DNA from: an uncultured Methanosarcinaceae archaeon
GTDB taxonomy: Archaea > Halobacteriota > Methanosarcinia > Methanosarcinales > Methanosarcinaceae
Direction: 5' to 3'
DNA: 64,000 nucleotides
Assembly: GCA_963727895.1 (NCBI GenBank)
Contig: CAVSHT010000004.1
Location: forward strand, 96,001 to 160,000
Positions 12,618 through 23,541 of the stretch are shown here, piece by piece. The number at the start of each line of letters is the position of its first letter. Position 1 is the stretch's first letter. The notes beneath the pieces were generated by a model. The model made no database searches. It was not told where the DNA came from and saw only the letters and a program-made list of their open reading frames with translations. The position numbers and the translations under genes were made by a program.

Positions 12618-12823
12618 TCCATGATATAGCACTAACAGATAACAGTTCAACATATAAAAAAGACAGCTGAATCGAAACAGCCTGTGATCTGGTCAACCAA
12701 CAAATAGATACGAACATATATGCAGGCATTTCCAAATGCAGATCTGGCTTTTCTCAATACATAAAACAAGTGGCACATTCAACTAATTTTAAGAGTTCTT
12801 TAAAAGAAAAAGAGATATGAGAT

Positions 12824-14026
12824 ATGAATTCGAAAAAAATAAAATTATGGACTAAAGATTTTGTAGTCATTTTCATTGAAAATTTTCTAGCCGCTTTAAG
12901 CTTTTACTTATTAATGATAGTTATGTCTGGATATGCAATGAGTAAATTTGACTCATCACCAGTTGAAGCGGGTTTTTCTGCCAGTATATTCATAATTGGC
13001 GGACTTATTGCGCGTCTGTTTATCGGGAGATGGATAGGGCAAATCGGTCATAAGAAGACACTTTGTATGGGAGTCATTTTAAGTTTAATTATGACGGTGT
13101 TATATTTTGAGGTTAATAGTGTAATCCTTTTGCTTACTGTCCGCTTTCTTCATGGTGTAGGATTTGGTATTACTGCTACAGCAACGGCTACAATCGCTGC
13201 GAATATCATTCCTATGGGAAGGAAAGGCGAAGGTATTAGTTATTTTGGATTAAGCCAAATACTTGCTACGGCTATCGGTCCTTTTTTAGGTATTTTCATT
13301 AGCCAGCATGGCAGGTTCAGCACGATTTTTGCTACTTGTATAGTTGCCTCAGCAATCGGTCTTATGATTTTGCCATTTTTATCATCTTTACATAATATGG
13401 ACTTAACAAAAGAACAGTTGGATAAAATGAAAGGATTCAAATTAAACAATTTCTTTGAATCCAGGGTGATTCCAATTTCAATCATTGCTATGTCTATTTT
13501 CATTTGTTATTCGAGTGTTGTGTCCTTCCTTGCAGTGTACTCACAGGAAATTCATCTAGTAAACGCAGCCAGCTTCTTTTTTATAGTATATGCCGCAGTA
13601 ATCTTAGTTTCGAGGCCTATTATTGGTCGATTGTTTGACTTGAAGGGTGAAAATGCAATCATGTACCCGGCAATTCTAATATTTACAATTGGAATGCTTC
13701 TGTTTAGCCAGACTCATCATGGTTATACACTTTTGTTGGCCGGAGCTTTGATAGGTCTTGGATTTGGGGCTATACAATCCAGTACTCAGGCCATTTCTGT
13801 AAAAATAACTCCGCAGCATCGTATGGGGTTGGCGAATTCAACCTATTTTGCGTTTTCAGACATCGGAATGGGGCTTGGTCCTTTGGTTGTTGGATTTATA
13901 ATTCCTTTTACCGGTTACAGAGGAATATATACGGTTCTGGCAATTTTTGCGGCGGTCTGCCTGTTATTGTATTACTTATTATATGGAAAAAAAGCTGTGC
14001 ATGGGAAAGATAAAGCAGGTTTCTAA
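12824..14026 (+). CDS. MFS transporter
   Basis: 400 aa, about 12 hydrophobic segments, RFLHGVG, GRLFDLKG. Confidence 0.9.
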   Translation: MNSKKIKLWTKDFVVIFIENFLAALSFYLLMIVMSGYAMSKFDSSPVEAGFSASIFIIGGLIARLFIGRWIGQIGHKKTLCMGVILSLIMTVLYFEVNSVILLLTVRFLHGVGFGITATATATIAANIIPMGRKGEGISYFGLSQILATAIGPFLGIFISQHGRFSTIFATCIVASAIGLMILPFLSSLHNMDLTKEQLDKMKGFKLNNFFESRVIPISIIAMSIFICYSSVVSFLAVYSQEIHLVNAASFFFIVYAAVILVSRPIIGRLFDLKGENAIMYPAILIFTIGMLLFSQTHHGYTLLLAGALIGLGFGAIQSSTQAISVKITPQHRMGLANSTYFAFSDIGMGLGPLVVGFIIPFTGYRGIYTVLAIFAAVCLLLYYLLYGKKAVHGKDKAGF

Positions 14027-14103
14027 AAAGGACCCGACGAGTCAAAATGTTTTTTAAAGTTATCTTAAAGCGATATGACGAGCAAAAAATAGAGGATAAA
14101 ATT

Positions 14104-14570
14104 ATGGTAGATCCAAGAGAAATTTGCGGTCCTATTTCCATTATCTACCGGAGCCATCTAGCATATATGGCAAAGGAACTCAAAGCTTACAGGATCGGAA
14201 GCGGGCAATTTGATTTTTTAATGGTTTTATATCGTAAGGATGGCATCTCTCAAGAAACCCTTGCAAAAATCCTGAAAGTTAGCAAAGCAACAAGTACCAG
14301 AGCAATCCAGAGCCTGGAAAAAGAAGGTTATGTGACAGGGAAAAAGATGAAAATGATCTTCGGGCTTATAAGGTTTACCTTACCGAAAAAGGTATGGAAA
14401 TAAGAGATGTGATTCTGGAAAAATCGATTTATTTTGTCGACACTCTCCTTTCGGATTTCACACATGAAGAAAAAGAAATTTTCAGGCGACTGATCCAGAA
14501 GGCTTCACATCAATTTCATGAAACGAAACTCAAGCCTCCGTATTTAGACAAGTTGGATGATCTGGAGTAG
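14104..14570 (+). pseudogene. MarR-family regulator, frameshifted near 14335
   Basis: DGISQETLA..SKATSTRAIQSLEKEGY, then DENDLRAYKVYLTEKG in the other frame. Confidence 0.85.
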
Positions 14571-14596
14571 AAACTAGAAGGAAGCACAAAATATGG

Positions 14597-14731
14597 GGCA
14601 GTGTACCAAAAGTTTTGTAAGTGCGACAAGAAGTTATGTCATAAATTGCCTTGTGCTACTCTTTCCATTTAGAGTAACCCTATTATGAGGTGCATCAGCA
14701 GTAATGCAGTTGTGCTAAGCTCATAAGGCAA
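14597..14731 (+). mobile_element. IS256-like terminal repeat followed by the 5' ~110 nt of a group II intron (relic)
   Basis: GGCAGTGTACCAAAAGTTTTGTAA|GTGCGACAAG..., near-identical to the reverse complement of ~58360-58491. Confidence 0.85.
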
Positions 14732-14880
14732 GGTTGTGGTGCAAAAATAATATTTCCGCAGTTTGATACTATAATTCTTACCTTTTGTACCATTTTCCTG
14801 GTGATGAGATTGATTAACATTCTTAATTGTGAAGGCTTTCAGTGATTTTATAAAATGGTCTGATTTTTTGCAACGGAACC
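14732..14880. mobile_element. IS6-derived MITE (~150 bp)
   Basis: Degenerate GGTTGTGGTGCAAAAA ... TTTTTGCAACGGAACC; right half similar to 48057..48206. Confidence 0.7.
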
Positions 14881-15070
14881 CTCCTCTTTCTGCCATCATT
14901 TCCTTTAAATTTCGATAACTTAATGGATATTTTAAGTACCATCTAACATTCAATAAGATAATTTCACCTACAAAGTGCTTCCATTTAAAGGAATTAGATA
15001 GCATGTCACTACCTTTGATTTCATTTTTATTTTAATTATATCCTTAGCAGATATTTTTTGCAACGGAACC
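14881..15070 (-). mobile_element. IS6 left end plus transposase N-terminal fragment
   Basis: FKWKHF.GEIILLNVRWYLKYPLSYRNLKEMMAERG; terminal repeat at 15055-15070. Confidence 0.85.
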
Positions 15071-15080
15071 TTCTCCTTTA

Positions 15081-15256
15081 TAGATACGGTCGGATAAAAG
15101 AAGCTGAAGAACAATATAAGCTTGCTCTGCAAGTCAACCCAAATCACGTAGCAACACACTCAAATTATGGCCTTCTCTTTGAAGGAATGGGATGCACAGA
15201 AAAAGCTGAAGAACATTATAAGCTTGCTCTATAAACCAATCCAAAGCATGCCAACA
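15081..15256 (+). pseudogene. TPR-repeat protein fragment
   Basis: EAEEQYKLALQVNPNHVATHSNYG...KAEEHYKLAL*TNPKH (34-aa period, internal stop). Confidence 0.7.
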
Positions 15257-15277
15257 AGTTCTAAAATTACGATTTAT

Positions 15278-15489
15278 GGTTCTGTTTCAAAAATTATATG
15301 GCAGAAGTAAACTCTGTTATGCAGCAAATAATTTAAAAAGCTATTTTTTCAGGAAGTTCTTATATACGAACATTTTACCTCAAAAAGTTCGTATATCGGA
15401 GTACCCCACAAAATTAGATAGCGTATTACTACTTTTTATTTCCTTTTTATTTTATTATGTCCTTGGAAGATATTTTTTGCAACGAAACC
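15278..15489. mobile_element. Probable IS6-derived MITE (~210 bp)
   Basis: GGTTCTGTTTCAAAAA ... TTTTTTGCAACGAAACC. Confidence 0.5.
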
Positions 15490-15509
15490 ACCGATCTTAT
15501 TCGTCTTGT

Positions 15510-18278
15510 TTAAGTTTTGTTTTTTTGTGTTTCAGACTGAGCTTTGTTATTTGCTTCTAGGTACTTGGTGAGAGGTTTCAATGCTCTCTCATCTCCAATT
15601 TCTATAAGCAGAAGCACAGAGTTCCCTCTGATATTATTGTTTTCACTGCTAAGACCTTTTATAAGAGGTTTTACAGCCTCCCCTTTTCTATCTATAAAGG
15701 CTTTTGAGGCACTGCTTCTTACTTCTTTGTTATTGTCTCCTAAAGCTTTGACGAGAGTTTCTATTGCTTTTTCATCTTTTATCTCTTCTAAAGCAGTAAT
15801 AGCAGAAATCCTAATTCTAGGATCATTATCTCCAAGAGCTTTCTCAAAAGTTCCAATTTCTTTTGGATCGTTTATTTTTCCCAGAGCTTCTAAAGCAGTG
15901 CATCTTACTGTTTCATTTCCGTCTGTTGTAGCGTTAGCAAGCGCATTTTCAGCTGTACTATCACTTATATTTCCAAGGGCCCATGCTGAAGCGATTCTTA
16001 CATTTTCATCTTCATCTTGTAGTGCCACAATTAAAGAGTTTACTGCTCCTTTATCTCCTATTGTTCCAAGAGCCAGAACTGCGCTTTTCCTTACTATTGG
16101 ATCTTTACTGGACAATGTCTGAGTCAAAGGTTCAACAGCCTTGGGATTTCCAATTTCTCCCAGAGCAAGGGCTGCACGACTTTTTACTGAATTATTTTCG
16201 TTCAAAGCCGCGATAAGAGGGTCTACTGCCTGTTGATTTCCTATCTTTCCAAGAGAAGTTGCACTACACTCTTTCACGCTGTCGCATTTATCTATTTTCA
16301 AGGCAAGTGATAAGGGCCCAACTGCCTTTTCACTTCCAATTTCTCCAAGAGAGTAAGCTGCACAGGCTTTAGTTTCATTTAAATCTTTTACAAGTACTTC
16401 AATAAGAGGATCTACTGAATTTTTATCCCTTACTCCTCCCAGTGCAAATGTAGAACTGATTCTCATATAACTGTTTTCATTCTTTAGCGCGTTCAAAAGT
16501 TTCTCTTGTGCTTTTTTATCTTTTGGATCTACCCCGCAAATCTCTTCATATTTATTTATGTCTTGAGGATCAGCTTCTAATGCATTAATAAGTGAGGTTG
16601 TTTCTGATTTTCCAGTTTCTTCAAATGTTTTTGAAACCTCATCTCGGAAGTTTGCGTCTTTTTCTTCTATAGCTTGCAAAAGAGATTGGTTTCCATTTTC
16701 ATTGTTTTTAATTCCCATAAATTCAATAGAAGTGTTTGTTTTTTTCTTAAACAAGTCATTAAGTCCTGAAACAGCTTCCTTGTCTCCTATTTCAATTAGT
16801 GAAAATGTAATGTATTTTCTAGCTGTTTCGTTCTTGTTTTCAAGGGCTTTTGTCAAAGCTGGAACTGCAGGTTTTCCTATTTTTGTCAGAGCCAAAGCGC
16901 AGTTCAGTCTTAAGTCTTCATTTTTAGCTGAAAGATTTTGAATTAGAGGCTCAATGGCTCTTTTATCTCCTATCTGTCCAAGAGCCCAGGCTGCTGTACA
17001 AGATGCATATGTATCGTCATCTGAAAGGGTTTCTATAAGAGGTTCAACCGCCGGTTTTCCAATTCCTACCAGAATGTCTCCAGCATGTGATTTTATATTA
17101 CTATCTCCATCTTTTAATGCCTGAACAATTGGTTTAGTGTTTCTGTTTCCTGACTCCATAAGAGTCTTTTCAGTCATATTTCTGACTTCTTCATCAGGAT
17201 CTTTTAACTGCTTTATTAGAGCTGTTGTTGCTTCTTCATCTCTTACTTCTCCAAGAGCTTTCACAACAGAACCTCTTACTTCAGGATCATTGTCTGAAAG
17301 AGCACTTATCAAAGCTTTTTCTGCTCTCTGATCTCCGATATCTCCTAATTCAATAGCTGTAATACCACGGATTTCCGGATCTTTATCAGAAAGGAGCTGA
17401 ATCAAGGGTTCTGTTGCTTTTTCTTCTCTAAGTTCTCCAAGAGCTACAATGGCTCTTTTTCTTGTCTTGTTGTCTTCATCGTTCAGCTCCTTTATTAAAG
17501 GTTCAGTGGCTTTTTCACTCCCTATCCTTCCGAGGGCTTCCACAGCGTTGCTTCGAACCTCTCTATCTTCATCTGAAAGGGCCTTTATTAAAGGCTCTTC
17601 TACGTTTTTACCCCCCAGTTTTCCCAGTGCTTCTGCTGTACTGGATCTTACATCGCTATTATTATCTTCAAGAGCCTTACATAGAGCCTCAGTAATTTTG
17701 TCATTTCCTACAGACCCTGAGAATAATGTTGCCTTCCAATCGTCTTCCTTTGAAGAAGAACCTACATTTGCAATTTCTCCAAGAGCCCATGCTGAATTGG
17801 AACGCACTCTTCCGTCTTCGTCTGAAAGTGACTGAATTAGTTGTTCTTCTGCCATCTGGCTTCTTGCATTACCAAGAGCTAGAGCTGCATTACTCCTAAC
17901 TTTTGGATCTTCGTCCTGCAAAAGCCCTATTAAAGCTTTTTCTGTTTTTTGGCCACCGATATTTCCAAGAGCTAAAGCTACTTCACACTTTACTTCCGGT
18001 TTTCCCGAATCAATAGCATCTATAAGAGGATCTACAGCTTTTTCTCCCAGATCTTCCAGAGCAAATCTAGCCTCTGTTCTGGTGTTTATATCATCGGCAC
18101 CTAATTCTTGTATCAAAGGTTCTACAGCTTGTTGTGTCTTCGACTCATTTATATCTAATATGGTTCCACTTAAATTTTCATTGAGGTTTCCTTTTTTGCT
18201 TTCGTTGAGCCCTGCAGCAACTCCAACCATTGTCAATATAAATAGCAACAATAAGATTTTAGGTACTGAATGATTCAT
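15510..18278 (-). CDS. Secreted HEAT-repeat (PBS lyase HEAT-like) protein, 922 aa
   Basis: N-terminal hydrophobic signal; many ~31-aa D..VR..A..ALG.IG..A.EPLI..L repeats. Confidence 0.9.
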   Translation of the reverse strand: MNHSVPKILLLLFILTMVGVAAGLNESKKGNLNENLSGTILDINESKTQQAVEPLIQELGADDINTRTEARFALEDLGEKAVDPLIDAIDSGKPEVKCEVALALGNIGGQKTEKALIGLLQDEDPKVRSNAALALGNARSQMAEEQLIQSLSDEDGRVRSNSAWALGEIANVGSSSKEDDWKATLFSGSVGNDKITEALCKALEDNNSDVRSSTAEALGKLGGKNVEEPLIKALSDEDREVRSNAVEALGRIGSEKATEPLIKELNDEDNKTRKRAIVALGELREEKATEPLIQLLSDKDPEIRGITAIELGDIGDQRAEKALISALSDNDPEVRGSVVKALGEVRDEEATTALIKQLKDPDEEVRNMTEKTLMESGNRNTKPIVQALKDGDSNIKSHAGDILVGIGKPAVEPLIETLSDDDTYASCTAAWALGQIGDKRAIEPLIQNLSAKNEDLRLNCALALTKIGKPAVPALTKALENKNETARKYITFSLIEIGDKEAVSGLNDLFKKKTNTSIEFMGIKNNENGNQSLLQAIEEKDANFRDEVSKTFEETGKSETTSLINALEADPQDINKYEEICGVDPKDKKAQEKLLNALKNENSYMRISSTFALGGVRDKNSVDPLIEVLVKDLNETKACAAYSLGEIGSEKAVGPLSLALKIDKCDSVKECSATSLGKIGNQQAVDPLIAALNENNSVKSRAALALGEIGNPKAVEPLTQTLSSKDPIVRKSAVLALGTIGDKGAVNSLIVALQDEDENVRIASAWALGNISDSTAENALANATTDGNETVRCTALEALGKINDPKEIGTFEKALGDNDPRIRISAITALEEIKDEKAIETLVKALGDNNKEVRSSASKAFIDRKGEAVKPLIKGLSSENNNIRGNSVLLLIEIGDERALKPLTKYLEANNKAQSETQKNKT

Positions 18279-18311
18279 ATTTCACACCATTTCCATGAAT
18301 TCAATATTAAT

Positions 18312-18427
18312 AGGACTTACGCACTTGAAGTACAAAATCAAGAACAATTGACGTTGTGACGAATTCGGCGTTTTAGACAGTTAAGGGTTTAATGCTATTG
18401 ATTTCTCAGTCCAACTGCGTAAGTCCT
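18312..18427. mobile_element. MITE with terminal repeat AGGACTTACGCA
   Basis: Perfect TAGGACTTACGCA/TGCGTAAGTCCTA ends. Confidence 0.75.
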
Positions 18428-19125
18428 AATTAATTTGATTTAGGGTTGTGTATCTGAGTTATTGATCATTTCCGAAAAAACGAGTACATCTTTCACATTT
18501 AATAAAAAATTAAATATAGTCTTATGTTTACGGTTTTCTATAACTCGGCCCCACGACCTGATTTTGGAATTTAGGATTTAGATTCTCTCCTATGCAGACT
18601 TTCTAAATAAGGAATCTATATTAATCACTAATTAATCTAAATTTAATAGTCTGGCACATTTTCTACTAATATATAGCCTCCTACGATTGAGTTATGTAAA
18701 TCGATTCCATTACAAAAAATCTCAGAATAAGCACGTGAATCTACAGACAATGAACAAAAGTTAAAATATTCAAGAAGATTTATCAATATTATAGAACTGT
18801 TTTAAATAATTGATTAACATATTTAGCTTCATTAAGATTAGAGTAATTTAGATTCTTGACTTGTCCTTTTTTAATCCTATTCATAACTTCAATTCTTTAT
18901 AAAGTTTTATTAGCAAATTGAAAAAATTGAAATCCTAACATTGGATTAACTATTTTCGACAGTGTAACATAAGTTCGGTTCTATTGCAAAAAATCCTAAT
19001 ATCCTTAGTTTGACATCATACATTTAATTTAGTGAGAAGCCTTAATTTTTGTCAAAAATCAATTGACAGTACTCATAAATTTCATCAAATTACTTCTATT
19101 TTTTTCAACTTCACAATCACTATTG

Positions 19126-19260
19126 AGAGCCTATCCGAAAAGTGGCTAAATGCTATCACTTTTACGATATGCAATATGCAAAACTGGAACGGATACTCTG
19201 TGATATTATAGACCTATTGTGACTATTCCACATACATCGCTGACTTTTTGGATAGGCTCT
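19126..19260. mobile_element. MITE with terminal repeat GAGCCTATCCGAAAAGT; second copy inverted at 30547..30678
   Basis: Terminal inverted repeats and homologous interiors in both copies. Confidence 0.8.
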
Positions 19261-19319
19261 TAGGTTACATCTTCTTTTTTCTTTCCGTTTTTCCCATTAT
19301 ATTTTTATTGTGGGTATTG

Positions 19320-21542
19320 TCACTTTCCCGATCCTTTCTGCCAAAGGAGTATAAGTTCGTTGAGCCTTTCGTTCGTGAGTTTCGCTCCGGTTTCAGGGAT
19401 TCGTAGTCCATTGAGATATATATGGATAGCTTCCTGTAGTTCTTCGGTACTTATGTTTTCCCCTTCCTGAGAATTTTGGTTATCCCAGGGGTTCCAGTCT
19501 CGAACAGTCCAATTCCAGCTCTGAATTACTTTTTCATCCCCGTTTCTGGCTATTGCTGTAACATTATAAAAGTTGGGGGATAGTGTTGTATCTGAATATG
19601 AGTTGTTCTTAACGTTGGATTCTGAGATTATATTTTCTCCATTAAGATACCAGCTTACATCACAGGCATAGTTTGTACTGACACTAAACTCCTGCTTCTC
19701 TCCTTTATAGGTTGTAATATTTCCAGTGGGACTGACTAAGTTAATCAAAAGGGGAGGGACTACTTTTATATAACCAGTTTTTGTCTCGGTGTCTAATCCA
19801 TTGCTATTACCTATAGTCAGAGATACAGTGTAGGTCCCGTAAGAATTATAGGTATAGATTGGATTCTGAGTTGTTGAGTCGATTTTCCCATCACCATTAA
19901 CGTCCCATTTCCAGAAGAGAGCGTTTTTAGAAAGATCTCTAAACTGAACCGTAAGAGGATATCTCCCTGATGTAATATCTGATGAAAAATTAGCCTTGGG
20001 AAACTGACTATTAGTTGTGAAAGCTTTAATGCAGAGGTTTGCTTCCGAGTTGGCAGATATGTCTTCCCACTTAATTCCATCAGGACTCACATAACTTTCA
20101 CCGGGGTTGGCCTGAGCCTTACTACTGTAAAGAGCTATAGGTTCTTCAACTGCAAGGGGACCTGAAGCTAAAGGATTAATAAATTTTATAACTATCGAAA
20201 ATTTCTCTCCTGCATAGATTGGCACTGTGGAATTCAGTACATGTGTATGGTACCCTGGAAAGGAGTATTGCCCATTCTCATGTGCAACGACCCCCTCTGA
20301 TGAGTTAACGGGGCCTGATACAGGATTTTTGTAAACGTATATCTCATAAGCCGTGTTAAGGTCCGTAGTATAGAAGCCTATGGCTTTGAGAGTTTCATCC
20401 CTTTCTGAAGAGAAAATGTTGCTTCCCCAAGCAACCTGAGGATTTTCTGAATACTCTTTCGATGCTGTCCATCCCAAAGGGTCATACTGGTAGATATTAT
20501 CATAATTATCCTGACTTTCAGCTGTGAACACGGCATTTTCATCGTATCCAAGTTTTGTGTCGTAATATGAAATATAGAAGTATCCATCTTCACCCCATGT
20601 ATTACCCCAGCTATTCTTTGCTATAAAAGCTCCGTCTCCGGGGGGAACTTGTATAAATAGATTACGGTTAAAAGAGTCATTCCATCCTACAATAGTTATA
20701 GCGTGATTGACAGACAGGTTTCCTATGTATCGATAGGTATGACTTTTCTCTTGATAATAGGCTGTATTCCAGTACATTATGGAGTACACAGCTCCGTATT
20801 CCATAAGTGCCCTTTTAAGAATCTCGTTATCCAGAGACTCCTCTTTAGCTGGCAAGAATAGTGTCTCTTGCACATGTTTTTGTACTTGAAGTCCTGAAGG
20901 TGAGTATGTAGACGCTTCATTATAAGGGTCATCTGAGTCGTTCACAGGTCCACTCCAGCGGGAAAGGTATGCTGTTGATATGAACGCATTCCCACCATCG
21001 TATGGGGTAAGATCAAATCCTTGAGAATAGCTTTTTGAGACAAGATTTTTCATATTGTTTTCAGAAAAGTCATAGGTTTTTCCTTCTTTTCCTAGGACAT
21101 ATGATTCAAGAGATGCCATACTTGAAAAGGCCCAACAGCTTCCATCTGTTCCCTGATTCTTTACAGCCGTTACTTTTCCTTCCTTACGCAGATCATAAGC
21201 TATCGGAAGTTCTGAAGAACCTGAAGCTCTTAACAAAAGTCTTCCTTCAGGACTTGAACGTCCTGATAGGTTTACAGGTGAAGGTACATACCCTGTTCCT
21301 GAAGTCTGCTCGTAGTTGTTCCCTAGAGTTGGGGATTCAATTGAGCTAGAATACCGTTCTTCTAGAAAGTCAGGATTCATTGGCGCTGTTTCAATCACAG
21401 GTTCAACCATGGATTTAGCAGAATATGTGTAATTTTTTGGCATATCAGTTTTTTCGGTACTTTCTGCAGCAAAACATAGGTTGATCTGCAGGCATAAAAT
21501 TAAGACCATAAATACAAACAGAAAGAATTTTATCCTTTTCAA
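19320..21542 (-). CDS. Secreted papain-family (C1A) cysteine protease with lectin-like and PKD domains
   Basis: NQGTDGSCWAF, NHAITIVGW, KNSWG; PKD motif G.YPLTVQF.D.S...W.WD. Confidence 0.9.
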   Translation of the reverse strand: MKRIKFFLFVFMVLILCLQINLCFAAESTEKTDMPKNYTYSAKSMVEPVIETAPMNPDFLEERYSSSIESPTLGNNYEQTSGTGYVPSPVNLSGRSSPEGRLLLRASGSSELPIAYDLRKEGKVTAVKNQGTDGSCWAFSSMASLESYVLGKEGKTYDFSENNMKNLVSKSYSQGFDLTPYDGGNAFISTAYLSRWSGPVNDSDDPYNEASTYSPSGLQVQKHVQETLFLPAKEESLDNEILKRALMEYGAVYSIMYWNTAYYQEKSHTYRYIGNLSVNHAITIVGWNDSFNRNLFIQVPPGDGAFIAKNSWGNTWGEDGYFYISYYDTKLGYDENAVFTAESQDNYDNIYQYDPLGWTASKEYSENPQVAWGSNIFSSERDETLKAIGFYTTDLNTAYEIYVYKNPVSGPVNSSEGVVAHENGQYSFPGYHTHVLNSTVPIYAGEKFSIVIKFINPLASGPLAVEEPIALYSSKAQANPGESYVSPDGIKWEDISANSEANLCIKAFTTNSQFPKANFSSDITSGRYPLTVQFRDLSKNALFWKWDVNGDGKIDSTTQNPIYTYNSYGTYTVSLTIGNSNGLDTETKTGYIKVVPPLLINLVSPTGNITTYKGEKQEFSVSTNYACDVSWYLNGENIISESNVKNNSYSDTTLSPNFYNVTAIARNGDEKVIQSWNWTVRDWNPWDNQNSQEGENISTEELQEAIHIYLNGLRIPETGAKLTNERLNELILLWQKGSGK

Positions 21543-21922
21543 GATATTTGGCCTCGGTTAAATAAATTCCAGACCGAATTGTATAAAATTTTTGAGATCT
21601 GGTCAGGATATAAATTTATATCATTATTTTAGGACTAACTTTTATAACTATTTATGAAACTTGCCTATATATCCTTTTCCCACTGATTATTATTTTTTAT
21701 TATTTATATGGACTCAGTCCCAAAATCTAGTGATTTTTGCATTTTTTGATTGAAAATCTGAATTCGCAAGAAGAATCCAATTTTCATCAAAATCAATATT
21801 CGATATATAAAGACTTCAATCCCTAAGTACCCGCAAAGAAATAACTTAGGCACGTTTTTATACTGTACTCAAGTATTTTCGCAAACAAGCTCAATCATTT
21901 ATTTCAAACATAATTGTATCTT

Positions 21923-22033
21923 GACTATGTCACATTACAAGGTAAAACGTTATCATTATCTCATATCACAAGTATATTGTTCGTAGTAAAATCGATAACC
22001 GCAATTGGAATAACTGTCTAATCTGACATAGTC
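21923..22033. mobile_element. MITE with terminal repeat GACTATGTCA; second copy at 30318..30429
   Basis: GACTATGTCA/TGACATAGTC ends; near-identical interiors. Confidence 0.75.
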
Positions 22034-22093
22034 TAATTAAAATGAAATAAAAAATAAGAATATTATAGGCAATTTCATTGGTCATCGGTTAAG

Positions 22094-22215
22094 GTTCATG
22101 TCCAGAGACCTTTCGCAGTAAATCTGATTTAAATTTTCTGACATAGTCCAGTGGAAATATGGAATTCATCGGGAGTTTCATCGAGTGTTACTGCAGGAGG
22201 TCTGTGGACATGAAG
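22094..22215. mobile_element. MITE with terminal repeat GTTCATGTCCA(C/G)AGACC; copies at 46105..46226 and 39608..39858 (the latter interrupted)
   Basis: Long terminal repeats, TTAA-type flanks, three homologous copies. Confidence 0.8.
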
Positions 22216-22464
22216 ATTAATCCAATGTTAGGATTTCAGTCTTTTCAATCTGCTAATAAAACTTTAAAAGGAATTGAAGCTATGAATATGATTAAAAAAG
22301 GACAAATCAAGAAACCTAAATTACTCTGGCTTTAATGAAGCTAAATATATTAATCAATTATTTGGAATAGTTCTATAATATTGATAAATCTTCTTGAATA
22401 TTTTAACTTTTGTTCATTGTCTGTAGATTTACGTGCTTATTCTGAGATTTTTTGCAACGGGACC
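22216..22464 (+). mobile_element. IS6 3' relic with right end
   Basis: Near-copy of ~12115-12361. Confidence 0.85.
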
Positions 22465-22525
22465 CTTTGATTTCCCATATCCCTTTGACTTAAAAGAGCC
22501 TACAACGGAATTGATGCGTGCTTGT

Positions 22526-22981
22526 TTAAAGCTTAGCTGCATTCAAAGCAATCTTTCGAATTATCTCAATAACAGATTGTAGTTCATCTGATTCAAAATC
22601 CTTGAGCAAAAGTGAATTCAGCTCGGAACCTATTTTCCGCATTTCAGGCTTCATTTTTTTGCCTTTTTCAGTAAGGTAAAGTTTTTTTATTCTTTTGTCT
22701 TCTGGATCTGTTGTACGGTAGACAATACCTTCTTTTTCCATTTTCAGTATAGATTTTGCAATCATTGTTTAATCAAATCCTCTCGACTGTGCAAGGCTAT
22801 CCTGGCTCCGACCTTTCTGGCAATATAGGGCCATCAAGATAGAGAAATGGCCCCATCCTATATTGTATGGAGCCAGTTCCTTCGCAAAATGTTTTTGGAT
22901 AGAAAGATATATAAACGATATCAGTGCGGCAACTTTGTCAATATCCTCGATCCACTGGATAGGTGTTTCTTCTTCATTCAT
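22526..22981 (-). pseudogene. MarR-family regulator with in-frame TAA (22769-22771); paralog of 36491..36946
   Basis: Near-identical protein, with a stop replacing Lys in GFDKTMIAK. Confidence 0.9.
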
Positions 22982-23541
22982 ATTTTTTCACTCATGGCAA
23001 TTCAGCATACTTCTAGCTCTTTGAAAAACTAGTTGAATGGTATACTATTTATAATACATAAACAGTAATAAAATTATTTATTAGTTACAAAGCGTTGTTG
23101 AGGATATAGAAAGACTCCTCTGTATCTAATAAATTTAAGGAACTGCATAGGACCTTGGCAATAAGTTTGTAAAGTAAATTAGAGAAGAAATAGAACGGAA
23201 TAGGATGCCTAATCAGGATGAAGCACATTACCAGCCTATGGAATATTTTGCCAATTAGCAAAATTCAATAAAAAACACTTTGTCCACGATTATGAGTAGT
23301 ATATTTAGTAAAAATTAATAAAAATTCAGCCGATGCTCTGGCTCACATTATTAAAAACTGAAAACACATTAAGAAACGGGAATAAGAGAACTAACCCTTA
23401 TTCTTTATGCTGATCAGAAAGAAAGGTTCAGTTCAGATAGAACTCACTTTACAGAGGGTATGCATGGAGTTCAGTGGGATTATAAAGGAATTTAGAACTA
23501 AGCTGAATTCCTTAAAAATTATGAATAAACTTGAAAAAGCT

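Noticed and set aside
15544..17835. Plus-strand ORFs over the HEAT gene, and similar antisense ORFs elsewhere
   Set aside because: Shadow frames of real genes, with no recognisable motifs.
23070..23400. Possible decayed gene between the MarR pseudogene and the ABC ATPase
   Set aside because: Multiple stops in all frames read and no convincing motif.
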